Shown: positions 46,225 through 60,902 of the stretch, one piece after another
Numbering within the stretch: the first letter of the stretch is position 1
Layout: each line of letters opens with the position of its first letter
Assembly (NCBI RefSeq): GCF_000143415.4
Contig: NW_003314318.1
Location: 310,001 to 374,000 of the forward strand
From: Selaginella moellendorffii
Lineage: Eukaryota > Plantae > Lycopodiophyta
Reading direction: 5' to 3'
DNA length: 64,000 bases
Made by a program: the position numbers and the translations under genes
Notes under the pieces: model-generated
Databases searched by the model: none
The model's input: only the letters and a program-made list of their open reading frames with translations
Told to the model about the DNA's origin: nothing

Positions 46225-49200
46225 CTATAGGTGTGGACTTTTCCTGGAACGAAAAAACAAAGTAGCAAAGTGTGAGAGAGAAAAGAAGGAACAAGTAACA
46301 AAGGAACCTACGTTTTCTCTGGCGATGGATTGATGCTGCTGCTGCCGCTGCCACTCTCTGGTGGCCTCCAGTCCTCCCAGCCTTCTTCTGGCTCCTCCAA
46401 GCAGCGCTTTCGCTTGGTCTGGAGATTCAACACTTTTGCTACTTCGTGTAGTCCTCCCCACTTCTCCAGAGCACGGGCTATGTCGTACCTCCCTAGAAAA
46501 GTTCCACGAGTCCAATCACTTGTCCATCAAACAAGCATTATATAAGGATTCCTACCTGCGCGCTCTAGAGTTCTCCTGCTCGGCATCCTTGAGGGATCAC
46601 TCCTGAGCTTCTTTTGGAACAGCTGAATCTGGAAGTTCGAGCTGGAGTCAAACCACGAGCGAGTCAATCACAGAGATTAATTTTGTTACCTCTCGCTTAA
46701 GATTTTCACTGTTTTGCCAGAAGCCTCTGGGCTTTCGCCGCTTGTACGCGAGACTCATGTTGAGCCTCTCTGCTATAGAACGGAATCCACCAAAACGACG
46801 AATGGCCTTCTCCAAGTCTACACGCCCGTTCTTACGGAGCTCTGCCCTCACTGGCATCACCCTCTCCTTTCCAGCTTTCGCTACAAATCCCTCGAGTTCG
46901 CGTTCCAGAACTTTGATGTCCGTCTGGAGACCCGGCACTGGCTTTCGCTTCGGATTCATAAAACTTTCGTCGGCGGGCTCTCGAACCTGTGGAGGCGGTG
47001 GTGGCGGTGACACGTTCTCTTTGGCAATGTAGCAGCCGTCACCTAGCTCGACTCGAGCTCTTATAGCACAGAGGTTCTCGGGCAGATCTTCGTAAACAAT
47101 CTGCCAAGAAAGTAACACAGATAATAGAAAAAAGCATTCCAGAAAACAGGGAAGGCGTGCAAACCTCTTCGATGATCTCCCGTGGAAGCAAAAAGTCGTT
47201 GTGCATCTTCATGTCCACCGAGTACCTCAACAAGGTATGTTCCGCTCCAAGGGATTCCAGAGTCCATTTGCCACTGAACACATCAAAGTCACCTTCTACC
47301 TGTTGGAAAGTGATCTCGTTTGGTGGCAGCTCCTGCAACTCCAGAACGACGCGAGCATGGAGAACCATGTACAACAAACATTTGCATCCCTCCTGTCCAT
47401 AAAACAAACCGTAATCAATTTGTTCGTTGGGAAATATTAGATAAACAATTATACCTGAAGCACTCGAGCGTGATTACCGTGTCGTGAGACGATCTTACTG
47501 CTGCTGAGGTTCGGAACAAATCTAAAAATGACGGAGTGTGAGCTAAAACACAATTTGAGACCGGGTCTTACTCCGAGAGCGTCTCATAAGACGTCAAAAC
47601 ATTCCATACGTCTTCCATAGAGCCTGCGATCGTTACAGCTGCCACAACTCTCCAGAAGCGCCCATCTTCCTACAAAATCAAAGATTTCTTGAGTTAATAC
47701 GCTTCCACGCGACCATGGCCTACCTCACTTAGACGTCTCAGATGCACTTCATCGACAGTACATTGTTTGTCAGACTTGCAAACACGCTTGACTTTGGTAA
47801 CAGACTCGTTGTCCCATCTCTGAGCATATTTCCTGTCGTCTGTTTGCACGAAGCTTGTCACCTTTGTGTCAGAGGATTGGGTAACTTTGGACACGATGCT
47901 GTGAATTGGAGCGGCAACCGACATGCCGCCATCTGCAGGATATTTGATGACGGAGCGTTGGTTCTTCTCTGCCCTTTCCGCAATTGCACGCAGATTTACC
48001 GGAAGATCCGACTTGATAATACCTTCCACGAAAACACCAGGAAGTAAAAGACGAGGAATCACATTGACTTCATAGTGCAAATCTGTGGTTCCCGGCCTGA
48101 CAGCAAAACTCGTTAGGACTGAGGCAAAGTTCGAAGATAAGAAAGAAAGGTATTACCTCGTGCCAGCCTGCAAAAGCCATCTTCCAGCATATTTTTTAAA
48201 GTCCCCGTCAACCATACAGAACTGGAGGGATCTCCCATCAGTCTGCAAAGTAAAAAGCACAAACAAACGCTTTAAAGACAATGTGTACGCAAAAGACACG
48301 ACATACCAAGTGAGGAAACTCTTCCAAGTCAAGAACCACGGTTGCTTCGATATGCCAGTACATTGCCGTGTGGAGGCCCCTCTGGAGCAGCCAAATCCGA
48401 CCAGGATACGGGCAGGGTATCCTTGCACTGGAATGAAAATGAGCGAAAGAACACAAAGAGAGAGATCGGTTACCTGTGAATGAGGTTGGGAATAAACTCC
48501 GCAAGCCGCTCGTAATCCGTGAGGACTTCCCACACTCGGTTTATATCAGCTTCGATGGTTATGGTGGCGCTGATGAATCGCTCTCGCCATGAAATCACGT
48601 CAACTTTGCACTCGACATGGTATTTCTCGGCGTCCGAGCACTCGTCGTCGCCCCTCCTTCCAGATCTCCTCCTCCAGCTTATTTGCTCTTCAAAATTCTT
48701 GTAGATGATGCTGGCCGGACAGCAAACTCTTCTCGAGATCAAGTCCGTCACCAGAATTCTTTGGATCCTGGCCATGTACGCCGCTTGGAAGTCTTTCCAT
48801 CGCTTGGAGCAAGCCACACCGAGCCTCAGATTCATTAGCTGCTCCTGGAGATGTCTCAACCATAGGATGAAAGATCCCACAAGGTCCCAGAATCCAAGGC
48901 CTTTTCTCAATTCAACCAGCTTGATCACGGACTCCTTTCCAGAAAAGAGCTCGATCTCCTGCTTGACAGTAACCTCGTTCATCCAGAAATCCGGAGAGTT
49001 CCCGTGTATAAATTCCATCCAAATGCGGCTTTCCTTCTCTCCTGAGCTTCGCAGCAAAGCGATGGCCTCGTGAAGAGCATTGTTTGCCTCCTCTCGCAAG
49101 TGCTGATTGTAGAGCTCGTTGATAATCCAGTCCATTGCTCCACTACTCTGGATTTTCTCCCTGCGGCCTCCATTTCTGCCGCAAATCTGCCTGAACTGTA

Positions 49201-49357
49201 GCCCCTTTCGGCAAGATTGGACAGACCTAGCCCCAGGAACAGGGTAGCTTACTGCGAAGTAGCCGCATTCCTCGAGAAACGCCCCATCTCTACCCGGATT
49301 CACAGCTTCCAGCTGAAGACTCACTCCTGATCCAGCATTCCCCATCGCCATCGCCAT
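46225..49357 (-). CDS. Polyketide cyclase/dehydrase (SRPBCC/COQ10-like) double-domain protein, At5g08720-like
   Basis: CKVDVISWRERFISATITIEADINRVWEVLTDYERLAEFIPNL, a second VWNVLTSYETL unit, VEGDFDVFSGKW and GRYDIARALEKWGG. Ends approximate. Confidence 0.85.
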
Positions 49358-49872
49358 CGAAGAAGAAGAACTTCCAATGCATCGCCTCCCACTTAGGTCG
49401 AGCGTGAAATTTGTGGCCAAAAATTCTCAATCCTATCGCGAATCGACCCCGCAACCTCCAGAGGTAAGGCGGGAAAATTTCAAACGTAACATTTTAGGGC
49501 TCCTATTTAGCGTTTCGAGGAATTCGCGCAGGAGAAAATCTGTGAATTGGATTGCATGTGAGAAACATGAATAGCATCTTAATTTAAAATCCATGATTTT
49601 CTAAAATGTCATCGCAGTAAGATCTTGTGCGGTAAATCTCAAACTATTTAGCATTTGCCTATAAAGGGCACATTTGTAAGAACAAAGCGGCATTTGCCAG
49701 GACTGGGCATTTGCTGCAGGGAAAGACTTTAATCGATGGCACTCGAGAGTGCTTCTAAAGTTATTCTACGCGTCCATGATTGGCTTTCTCTTCCACTTAT
49801 CGAGAGCGACGATCGCTATTGTTATGCTAAGATTTTCGATTCGAGAGATTCGAGATTGGAATGTCTGGACAG

Positions 49873-50730
49873 CTATGGGGATTGGTGACGATAAGCCAAG
49901 TGCTGGCTTTCGATATCACTGCTGTGATCGATCGAAGGGAAGAACCGAGACGAAGAGCACGACGCCATCTGCGAGCGATCGATCGGGAGTGGAAAGTGGC
50001 TCGAGGGATTTGCCGGAGGAGCGACTGCTAGTGGGCTGTGGAACCCGAGGAGCTCGAGCGAGTGGACTTGGGTCTTGAGGAACTTGACGTAGTGAATGGC
50101 CTCGTCCAGCATCGAGGCGGTGTCCATCTTTGTGCCTCCTGGAACCAGTCGCTGGAGCGTCCGGATCTTTTGGCTGATTCTCTCGCGCCGGTGCCGCGCC
50201 GCCACGCTCTGTGGATCCTTGGAAATCCTCGTGTTCCTCCTCTTGGGCTTGCTCCACGATTCCTCTTCTCGTTGTTCCTCCTCCGCCATCGCCGAGCGCT
50301 TGCAAGCTGCATAGAAAAGATTCTTCATTGCTACTGCGCCGCTACTACTGCTCGCTCCAAAGACGAAGAGCTCCTCTTGGCGATGATCGAGTGGAGGAGT
50401 TTGTAGCGTGATGGGCTTGCTCCTGTCGGGGGAATGTAGTGATCTAGAGGCTTGATTGTAGCTGCTGCTATCGACGCTGGGTGATGGATTGGAAGTGAAA
50501 AGACTGGAGCAGTGTGGGAAATCCATACTTGGCGTGAAGGATGATATGATCTTGGAATTGTCCTCTACTCTCTCGTCGCCGGCGATGATGCAACTAGTCG
50601 CATACTCTGCCAAATCTTTCCAGGCTTGACGATCATACATTTGGCGATCAAAGCACTGGAAACTATAGTCGAGGAACTGGAATTGATCGCCATTGACAAA
50701 GCGACATCGATGATCATCATAGCTAGACAT
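49873..50730 (-). CDS. HECATE/IND-like bHLH (subfamily VIIIb), intronless
   Basis: [59 protein letters not shown]. Confidence 0.92.
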   Translation of the reverse strand: MSSYDDHRCRFVNGDQFQFLDYSFQCFDRQMYDRQAWKDLAEYATSCIIAGDERVEDNSKIISSFTPSMDFPHCSSLFTSNPSPSVDSSSYNQASRSLHSPDRSKPITLQTPPLDHRQEELFVFGASSSSGAVAMKNLFYAACKRSAMAEEEQREEESWSKPKRRNTRISKDPQSVAARHRRERISQKIRTLQRLVPGGTKMDTASMLDEAIHYVKFLKTQVHSLELLGFHSPLAVAPPANPSSHFPLPIDRSQMASCSSSRFFPSIDHSSDIESQHLAYRHQSP

Positions 50731-51950
50731 AGCTCTCACAAGTTCTTACAAACTCCTTGATTTCTCAAGGTTGGAACAATGATCGAATCGGTGGTGGCTG
50801 TCACCTGGGCTTGTACCGTAGTTTGTTGCTTGGCGCAAGATTAAAACAATGTGGACTCTTGTGGTGTCACGACGCGAGAGAAAGAACAAGAGAGCTCTCC
50901 AAATCTTTCTCTCTTCTTTTGGATCTTAGCTTTCTACTACTTGGAGCGATGGAGATGGAGCCAAGCCTCTCGCGAGCGCAGGGTTATAAAGCGCGAGTGG
51001 ATTGAAGATGCCAAAACGCCAAAATGACAGTCAGTGGGACAGTTGCTCGACGGATGCTCATTAATGTTGTGAGGACCATCTTCTTCTCACTTTATATTTT
51101 CTATGAATAGTTTCTCAGATGATCTCATGGTTTGGAGATTGAGATTGTGGAGGTTTGTTTTGTTTGTTGTATCGTTGGATCGGCGTACGTAGAGTTTCAA
51201 ATGTGCACATGATTGTGCTGCTCTACTGGTGCCAAGTTTTTTTCTACACTAAAAAAGTACATACATACACGTCCAGCTTTTTCATGTACACGTCGATCAC
51301 TTCCATCCAGGCAAGCAACGTACTCACTCAACAACTAATACTCTTTTTTTCTTTACTATTTATTTACTTTTTCAATATTATTTTTCTACACATCTCTGTC
51401 TCTGCTAGAAGATTCCTGGCATTCGAAATTTTGCATTTATCCATACATCAAAACTTCTCGTCTCTCGCTGGTTAGTACGCCGACCCTCCGTCAACTTCCC
51501 CACAGCTTTGAAAAGATTTGGGGCTTCGAGCCTCTGACCCAAAATTCTGGTTTAGGGTTTACAAAAAGGTGGCAAAATAAAGTGACCTAAAGGCTGGAGG
51601 ACCACTATATATATGTTTATTCAAAAAGGAGGAGCTCATTCCAATCGATCTGGTGTGGCGAGTAAAATTCGCCCCAATTGTTTAAGTCCACCTTGAGGCC
51701 TTGCACGAGCCACGTAGGCCCCATGACAACTCACAGATGGATTGTAATGTCACAGACCTGGCAAGGAATGGCATTTCTCCTGCGCATCATTGTCTGATAG
51801 ATTCTTTTAGGGCAAAGACTCTAGGTAGGCAGAAGAGTTATCCGAGTTGGTAAAGTTAAAAATGGAGGAAGTGGACTTTAACCTTTATTACTTAGCTGGC
51901 ATTACCTTTTTTAGCTCCGTGCGCCCTAGCTAGCCCTAAAGGAGGAAGCT

Positions 51951-53603
51951 ATGGCTTGGGTGAGCTCATGGGCGGACGAATCCGAGGCGGCGGACGAGGC
52001 GGCCGCGGCGGCGGGGGGCGGATCGGTGGCAGGGGCGATGCCCGAGGACGCATTTCCACCCCTGGCGGTGGCAGCCAAGCCCGGCGGCGCCGGCGGCGGC
52101 AAGAAGAAGAGCAAGGGTCAGACGATGACGCTGGCGGCGTTCACGACTGGCAAGGTCGTCGGCCCAGGTGCGAAGCGATTCACCCCTTCCTCTTCCCAGA
52201 TTTTCATGTCGGATAGCAATCGCCTCACATCCGAGGAGCTCATGTTCCTTCCCACTGGCCCCAAGGAGCGAACTCCGGAGGAGCTCTCCGAGCAGCGCCT
52301 CGGCGGTGGATTCCGGGGCTATGGTGGCTTCCGTGGCGGCGATCGCGATCAGCGCGACCGGCATCCTTCCAGGGATCCGGGTTTTGGCGGCGCCGCCATG
52401 CCGCCGCCTCCCTCCCGAGCCGATGAGAGCAGCGACTGGTTCTCCAGCAAGCCAGCGATGATGATCCGGCCTTCCTCGCGGGGCAGCGATCGAGACGCGC
52501 CGAGCAAGGCTGATGAGGTGGACGACTGGAAGGCGGGAAAGAGGTTTGTCCCGTCGGAGAGAAGCTTTGGCTATGGCGGGAGAGATGGTGGCGGCGGCGG
52601 TGGGAGGAACTCGTGGTCTTTTCGAGATCCAAAGCCCGAGATGGACAGATGGTCCGGCGGAGGCGATGAGAGAAAGGTGGCGATGGAGAGACCGCGACTG
52701 AATCTACAGCCGAGAAGTTTGCCGGTGGATTCCTCCCGGCCTTTGAGCAGCCACTCGAGTCGTCCAGGAACACCGGGTGATACTCCTCAAGTTCAAGTTG
52801 GCTCTGGTAAAAACTCGGCCACCACCACCACCACCACCACTGCCAAGCCGCGATCGAATCCTTTCGGAGCTGCCAAGCCGAGAGAGGTGGTGCTCGAGGA
52901 GAGAGGACAGGACTGGAGAAAGCTTGACTCGGAGCTCGATCAAAAGAGGTGCGTTTCTCTCCCACATTCTCATTTCCAGACGTGATGCATGGCTGTTTTG
53001 CTTGATCCTCCTCGCAGGTACGAGAGCAAAGAAGAGACGAGGCTCAAGGAGGAGATCAACGCTCTCAAGGATCTGATCGACAAGGAGGGCTCCGAGGCGG
53101 CGAGAGAGGAGCTGGAAAAGAAGGAGCTGGAGCTGGAGCAGCTGGTGAAAGATTTTGAGAGAAGCGCGCGCGTCTCGGACCGGCGACGCAGCGGAGGCAG
53201 GGATGATCCGCAGAGGCCGCCATCGTCGCAGAGCAATCGAAACGGTGGTCCTCCGGAGATCTGGAGGCGGCCGCCGACGCCAGCCATGTCGGACGGTGGC
53301 AACTTCGAGCCGTCTGGAGGATGGAGGCGGCCAAGAACACCGTCTTCCATGCACGAAGGTGGAGAGATGGGAGGAGGATATCGGCGAGGAGAGAATGGCG
53401 GTAGGCCGAGAACTCCGGGGTTTCACGACGAGGAGTGGAGGCAGCCGAGCTGGAGAGACGATCGTCCAAAGTCCGCGCAGCCCGATATGTGGAGCCGGCC
53501 GAGAACTCCGTCGGTTCACGAGGATGAATGGGGCAAGGAGAATGGGAGGCGATCGAGCTATCAGTTCCATCACCAGCAGCAGCCCTCGAGGAATCGCTGG
53601 TAA
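51951..53603 (+). CDS. eIF4B: Plant eukaryotic translation initiation factor 4B (intron 52949-53017)
   Basis: SWADE, FPPL, LPTGPKERT, SRADE..DW, RPRLNLQPRS and NPFGAAKPREVVLEERGQDWRKLD. Confidence 0.92.
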
Positions 53604-53938
53604 GATGGTGGCGATCGATCGAGCTCGAGATTTCGCAGGCCTTTTTTTTGCTTTACTCGTTTCTTTAGCTTCTTCTCCAGGCTTGTAAGTAATATTATCT
53701 GTGACACTCTTTTGTTTTCTTGTGCAAAGTAGAATGTTCCGTCAGCGAAAGGGAAATTTCGTTAAAATAATGTAAAGTGAGAATGTTCTATTAGCAGGCC
53801 AGATATTCCATTAAACTGATTTAGCGGGCAAAGGATATTCGCGCTTCGTCCACAGCTTGAAGTTTTGGGGAGTCCGTCATTGCTTTCCTTTTTGCTTCTC
53901 TCTTCTCTCTCTTTCGATCTTCTCTTTCTTCTTCTGCC

Positions 53939-55040
53939 ATGAGCTCGATTGTGGCAGCGCACGATCAAAGACGTGTGAGATCGTTTCCTTCCACTCCGGC
54001 ATTCAATCGATCACCCTCCAATCCATTCTTCCACATCAAATCGCCTTATAACCGATCTCCCTTCAGTCCATTCTTCTACATCAATTCGCCCCACGGGGTG
54101 TTTTTCCACCAGCCGCAGAAGAAAATCCTGAGCTTCTCCGCGAGCAGCAGCCCCAGCAGCGTCAAGATCGCGCTCACTCGCAGCAGCGATCCATCGTCCT
54201 TCGCCCGGAGCGAGCCACAACACATCTTGGTCCTCGCAGACGCCACCAAGGAACTAAACACCGATGCGCTCTCCTGGACGCTGGAGCTCGTCGCCAAGCC
54301 CGGAGACACGGTGACCTTCGCTGGGATCTTGCCTTGGCTCTGCCTTCCACGTAAGTTTCTACAACCCAGTCGCACTTGGTCAGATTAGTCCAATGTGCTC
54401 AACTTTGGATTCATTCTACCTACAGTGCTTGTAAAGAGATGGTCGGAGCTTCGCATGATCGATGAGAAGTCGTGCACTACCCGAGAAGGAGAGGTCCAGC
54501 TCAAATCCGCGGAGTTCTTGCGCATCCAGGATTCCTACCGGACCAAAGGAGTAAGAACTCATGATGATTCGCTATCGAATCGATTTGATCCATCGCTCCA
54601 ATTGGTGTTTCCAGGTGAGCTTGGACATCATCATCGAATCGGGCTACCCTCCTCGTGACGTCGCGGTGCAGCTGGCGCTCAAGACCCAGGCCACGTGGAT
54701 CATCTGCTACAGGTGATCGATCGATCTGGGCTACAAATCGCTCTAATTGCCCCACCACAGGTGTATGAACAAGAGGATGGATCAATGCCTGCTGTTCCAG
54801 AAGCTGGACGGGAAGAACATCGTCTTCCTCAAGAGCAAGGACGAGGGCAGCGTCTCGTTCGCCGCCAAAACGCCCACCGCGCCATCAATGGCACTGCTGT
54901 ACGCGCGCGAGGAGCCCGGATTTTGCAGCCCACACTGCGAATTGGGCCATTTAGGCCTGCAAGACATTGGATCGAAAGGATTGAAAGTGCCCAGCCATGT
55001 CACGCTGGGCGAATGCCTCACCAAGAACAAAGCGAAATAA
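53939..55040 (+). CDS. Universal-stress-protein-like (adenine nucleotide alpha hydrolase-like) protein
   Basis: HILVLADATKELNTDALSWTLELVAKPGDTVT, and a later exon with VAVQLALKTQATWIIC. Multi-exon. Confidence 0.65.
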
Positions 55041-55497
55041 AAAAACACTCGTTTTTCGAGTGATGACGTGGATGGGAAGATGCAGTGACGTGGAGATTCC
55101 ATGCAGTGACGTGGCAATGACGCGGCGGCGGCCTCAATCAACGCCAGCGGGCCGGCTCGGTCCCCGACGCACTATACCCGCTATTGCCGGTCAGGACCAG
55201 CGGTCCCTTACGCACCTGGCACTTAAACCGCCGGTCCGGGAAAATACCCGGCGGTCCGGAATGGCCAATTTGCTTATTGGCCCATTGGCAATGGCGATAG
55301 AAAGTATCACAGCCGTCTTTACTGTCCGAGCTAACAAAGATGCTCTTCCGCGTGGATTTCTTGACCCAGATCTCACGGCGCGGCGGAGGAGCGGCGATCA
55401 TACCCGATCGCCCGGATCGATCGATATTCTCGCCCTTGCGCGGCGCCGGGCAGGGTTTTGATTCAGCGGCGCGGCGAAATCTTTGGAGGCGGCCGCC

Positions 55498-56196
<699 letters not shown>

Positions 56197-56581
56197 TCGA
56201 TCCAACCAAGAAGACGAAGAACAAGAAAAAAAACAAAGCATCCAATCGACGAAGCCAAGACCCCATCTCCAAGGTACCACCACGCCAATCGAATCGACAC
56301 GAATATTCTACGCTGTTTGAATTGAATAGAAGAGAAGCCCTAGCTCTAGCCCTAAAAAAGTGGTGGTGACGTGTCACCCGTAACGAAAAGGCCCAGCCCA
56401 AAATGCGGTGGGGCGCTAGGGTTCGTTCGCATCAATCTTTTTATGGTGCGCGCGTGATTGTGGCGCCGCGCCCCACGATCCCTGCTCGCGCGCCGCGCTG
56501 CCGACGAATTTCCGTGGAGGGATCGTCTCTCCGGGGGCGCGCCGCTCTCTCGCGCGCCTGTGGGTGGCCGATTGATCGGCT

Positions 56582-57239
<658 letters not shown>

Positions 57240-57343
57240 GCGCGTATAAGCGTAGCGTGAGCGATGAGCGAGCGTGTAAGCAAAAGTTTGTATATGATTC
57301 CTTTGATCTAAGGTGAGAAGAAACATTTCGATCGATCGATCGT

Positions 57344-58072
57344 CTAGAGTGCTGGCCTCTTTCTCCTTGGCCTTGGCGTCTTGTCTTTGGTCCAGGTACC
57401 CCCGCATGGGTTACAATGGTACCTGGGCTGCCCGGGCTTGTTATTGTTGAAATCGTAGAACCTCGTGTACCACTTGACCCCACACCACGGGCAGTCGATT
57501 TGATCGGGCAGCGTCGCCCTCACCTTCGCTAGCAGCGCTCGCAGCTCGGGCGTCACCTTTGAGGACGCGTTCTTCCTCGGCCTCTTGGGCTCGCTCGAAG
57601 TCTTTGGCCTCTTGGGCTGGCTCGAGGTCTTGGGCCTCTTGGGCTCGCTCGAAATCTTTGGCCTCTTGGGCTCGCTCGAGGTCTCGGGCTCGCTCGAGCT
57701 CTTTCTCTTGGGCTTGCTCGGAGGCTCTGGCCTCTCGGGATTGCTCGGAGTCTTGGGCTTGTTCGCGGGCTCTTTGGGCCTGACTCTCGCCGTCACCGGC
57801 TTTCCACACCAGTCGTCCATGGCACAGAAGCTTTTGAGAGCTTCCGGGTCCCATGGAGGGCAAGCCAAACCTCTTTCATACTGCTCTTCGTCGCCTTGGA
57901 CCTCGTCCTCCAGATCATTGAGCATGACATCTTGCATGGTTGGGATCACCTCCCACTTACTTTGATTACCCCATGGAGGTGAAATTAAATCTTTCTCGCC
58001 CATCGCCGCTAAATGATCATCCATCTCAGCTAAAAACCCTTCCCACCCCTCAGCTTCTTGCGCCTTCTTCAT
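57344..58072 (-). CDS. Divergent Dof-like zinc finger protein with internal SSEPKRPK repeats
   Basis: C-terminal CPWC-x22-CNPC with Dof-like TRFYDFNNNKPGQPRYH..TWTK. Tandem 27-bp repeats at ~57580-57700. Confidence 0.6.
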   Translation of the reverse strand: MKKAQEAEGWEGFLAEMDDHLAAMGEKDLISPPWGNQSKWEVIPTMQDVMLNDLEDEVQGDEEQYERGLACPPWDPEALKSFCAMDDWCGKPVTARVRPKEPANKPKTPSNPERPEPPSKPKRKSSSEPETSSEPKRPKISSEPKRPKTSSQPKRPKTSSEPKRPRKNASSKVTPELRALLAKVRATLPDQIDCPWCGVKWYTRFYDFNNNKPGQPRYHCNPCGGTWTKDKTPRPRRKRPAL

Positions 58073-58305
58073 GACGATGCAATAAACCCTAGTGAACACA
58101 TTCTGGGTCCACTTATTTATACTTTTTCTCTAAAAGGTGCCTTTTTAATTAGTTTAATTATAAATGAAAAATACCAATTATTAAAGTTAAAGTATTAATT
58201 GCAATGATGATTATAATTAAAGTATTGATTGCAATGATAGTTGGTTATAGTTAAAGTATTAATTATAACTATGCTAACTTTAAGCTTTACTAAGTTTTGT
58301 GCAGG

Positions 58306-60021
58306 ATGCATGATGTTGTGAGGAGAAACGGCGATGGGCGAGAGGTTTTGCACAGGGAATCGGCGTTGCAGCTCATCAAATCATGCCGCACCCTCGCAGG
58401 CGCCAGGGAAATTCATGCTCGGATCCGCCACTTGCTCGATCCGTGCGACGTCTTCCTCCTCAACACCATCATGCAGATGTATGGGAGGTGTGGCAGCGCT
58501 CGCGACGCCCATCGCCTCTTTCTTGCAATGCCTTCGAGAAACTCTTTCTCGTGGGAGCTCATGCTGTTTGCATTTACCGCGAATGGGGAATTGGGATATG
58601 CAAGAGACTTCTTTGAATCCATGCCTGATGTCTCTAGTGTTTCAATGACGGCTATTCTAAGTGTCTATGCCAAGCACGGAAATATTGAGTACGCTAAGTT
58701 GATATTCGACAAGATACCAGAAAAGGATTTAATTGCATGGTCTACCATGGTTGGTGCATTTGCCACTTGTGGGCATCTGCAGCAGGCAAAGCAGGCGTTT
58801 TGTTCTATGCCTCTGCGTGATCTCGTCTCCTGGACGTACTTGCTCGAAGGTTATGGAAGATCCAGTGAGACATATTGCGAAGCAAAAGATTTGTTTTGCT
58901 CAATGCCCGAGCACGATCTCGTCGCCTGGACGAGCATGCTCGGCATTTGTGCCGCAAATGGGCATTTGCATGAAGCTCAGAGCGTGTTCGAAGCAATCAA
59001 AAGCAAAGATATTGTTTGCTACACCGTGATCTTGTCTTCTTACGCTCAAGCAAGCGATCTGGCAGAAGCTGAGAGAATGTTCCAAACTTTGATGCCCGAG
59101 CACAGCATTGTTTCTTGGACTGCAATGCTTACAGCATATGCCCAGAACGGGGATATTCCGCGAGCCACGCGTTTGTACGAGAGAATGCATGAGCACGACG
59201 TGGTATCTGGTACTTGCATGGTGGCCGCATATTCCCAGGCTGGGAATCTGGAACTTGCCAAGCATGAGTTTGATACCATGCACGAGAGGAATATTGTTAC
59301 GTGGAATGCTTTGCTGGGCGGTTTTGTGCTAAGCGGGTGTTTAGACGACGCGAAGAGGATTTTTGATCGGATGGCAATGTGGGATGCCGTGGCCTGTACG
59401 GCCATGGTAACGGCATATTCTCATGCGGCCAAGCTCACCGAAGCCGAGATTCTCTTTCATTCTGCCAAAGACCGCAGCATGATTTTGTGGAACTCGATGC
59501 TGTCGGCGCACACCCAAAACTCGCCATTGCAAAGGGCAGTTGCGTTTTTCAATGAAATGCCGGGGTGTGATCTGGTCTCTTGGAATGTCATTTTTGCGGC
59601 ATTTGCCCGTCACGGAGATCTGGAAGATCACAAACTTCTGCTCCAACTTTTCCACGAGATGGGATCAACGCTTGCTCCGGACGAGATCTCCTTCACTTGC
59701 GTGCTCGTCGCGAGCGCTCACTTGGGCGGCCTGAGCTCGGCACGAGCCCGATTCTGGTCAATGGTCCTGGACTTTTGGTTGACCCCGTCAAAGCAGCACT
59801 ATTGCTGCGTCGCCAGCTTGCTTGGGCGATCTGGGCATTTGGAACAGGTGGAAGAGCTGCTGGCCACCATGCCATTTGTGCCGGATGCTGTGGATTGGAG
59901 GAGCTTACTATGGTCATGCAAACTTTACAAGAAATTTGGGCAAGGAGCTCGCGCTGGAGCTATGGCTTTTTATCTGGAGCCTAAAAATCCCGTGGGCTAT
60001 GTGTTCCTGTCAACCCCGTGA
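58306..60021 (+). CDS. PLS-class PPR protein with E domain
   Basis: Repeated MPEHD.VSWT units, then HYCCVASLLGRSG...MPFVPDAVDWRSLL. No DYW domain. Confidence 0.92.
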   Translation: MHDVVRRNGDGREVLHRESALQLIKSCRTLAGAREIHARIRHLLDPCDVFLLNTIMQMYGRCGSARDAHRLFLAMPSRNSFSWELMLFAFTANGELGYARDFFESMPDVSSVSMTAILSVYAKHGNIEYAKLIFDKIPEKDLIAWSTMVGAFATCGHLQQAKQAFCSMPLRDLVSWTYLLEGYGRSSETYCEAKDLFCSMPEHDLVAWTSMLGICAANGHLHEAQSVFEAIKSKDIVCYTVILSSYAQASDLAEAERMFQTLMPEHSIVSWTAMLTAYAQNGDIPRATRLYERMHEHDVVSGTCMVAAYSQAGNLELAKHEFDTMHERNIVTWNALLGGFVLSGCLDDAKRIFDRMAMWDAVACTAMVTAYSHAAKLTEAEILFHSAKDRSMILWNSMLSAHTQNSPLQRAVAFFNEMPGCDLVSWNVIFAAFARHGDLEDHKLLLQLFHEMGSTLAPDEISFTCVLVASAHLGGLSSARARFWSMVLDFWLTPSKQHYCCVASLLGRSGHLEQVEELLATMPFVPDAVDWRSLLWSCKLYKKFGQGARAGAMAFYLEPKNPVGYVFLSTP

Positions 60022-60325
60022 ATTTTTTGAGTGAGCGAGGAAATAGTTTAACACGATGGCGGGCAGGAAAGCTGGATCACCACTAGTCGAAGCTGTCAAA
60101 GACTTCAACAGTCCCAAGAGCCGAGAGCACACGATCGATCGCCCAGAAGATGGCGAGATTGTCACCTGTCGAAACCGAAGAGCCCGCAAACAAGCCACAG
60201 ATGGTGAGGCAAAGAAAGTAGGCACGAGGAAGAACGCGTCCTCAAAAGTGACATATACTTAACTCACACGCATATGAGCAAAAGAAAAAAAATATATGTG
60301 AAGTAATAATAATTTATTTATTGGT

Positions 60326-60902
60326 TCAATAAACAATGCCATTATAACCATCTAGAATGGCATTCTTGATCTTGTTAAATGCAACCTTATACCAAGGAGA
60401 TTTAGCAAAATTAATTTCCTTAGCAGTTATTAAGGGCTTGTAATTCTTCCTTACCACTTGATAATCTTTTCTTTCTCTCCTGATTATTTTCTTGTTAGCT
60501 TGATTCCGGCTATCACTCTCTTCATCTTCATCTTCTTCCTCTAAGGATTCTTCCTCAAGATAAGTTTCATCCTCAGATTCATCCGAGACACTTAACACAA
60601 CTGTAGTATTCTTGGATAAAGTCCTGGAGGATTGCTTAGATTTTATCCTGGAACCCTTGCTTCTGGACTTAGTGCCATTACTCACTGTTCCCCTTTGCCT
60701 CTCCAGTTTCTTGGGTGGTACAAATCTAATCCTGCCACCTTTGGTGAATTTCCGTTTGCACGAGTTGCATCGATATCGCGGCTGTGAGGCCTTTTTGTTG
60801 TTGTTATAACAAAATTTAGTGTCAATTGAGCTGCAACGAGGGCATATTGTGGGTTCTTCATCTTGGAATTTATGCTGTGAATTATACTCTTGTACATTGT
60901 TA
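60326..60902 (-). CDS. Dof zinc finger gene (main exon; 5' end unresolved, possibly a pseudogene)
   Basis: The frame upstream of ORF 60326-60685 reads [37 protein letters not shown] (CX2CX21CX2C) and is preceded by an AG acceptor. Confidence 0.75.

Noticed and set aside
58185-58270. Short AT-rich tandem repeats (TTAAAGTATTAATTGCAATGAT)
   Set aside because: Two to three degenerate units with no further structure.
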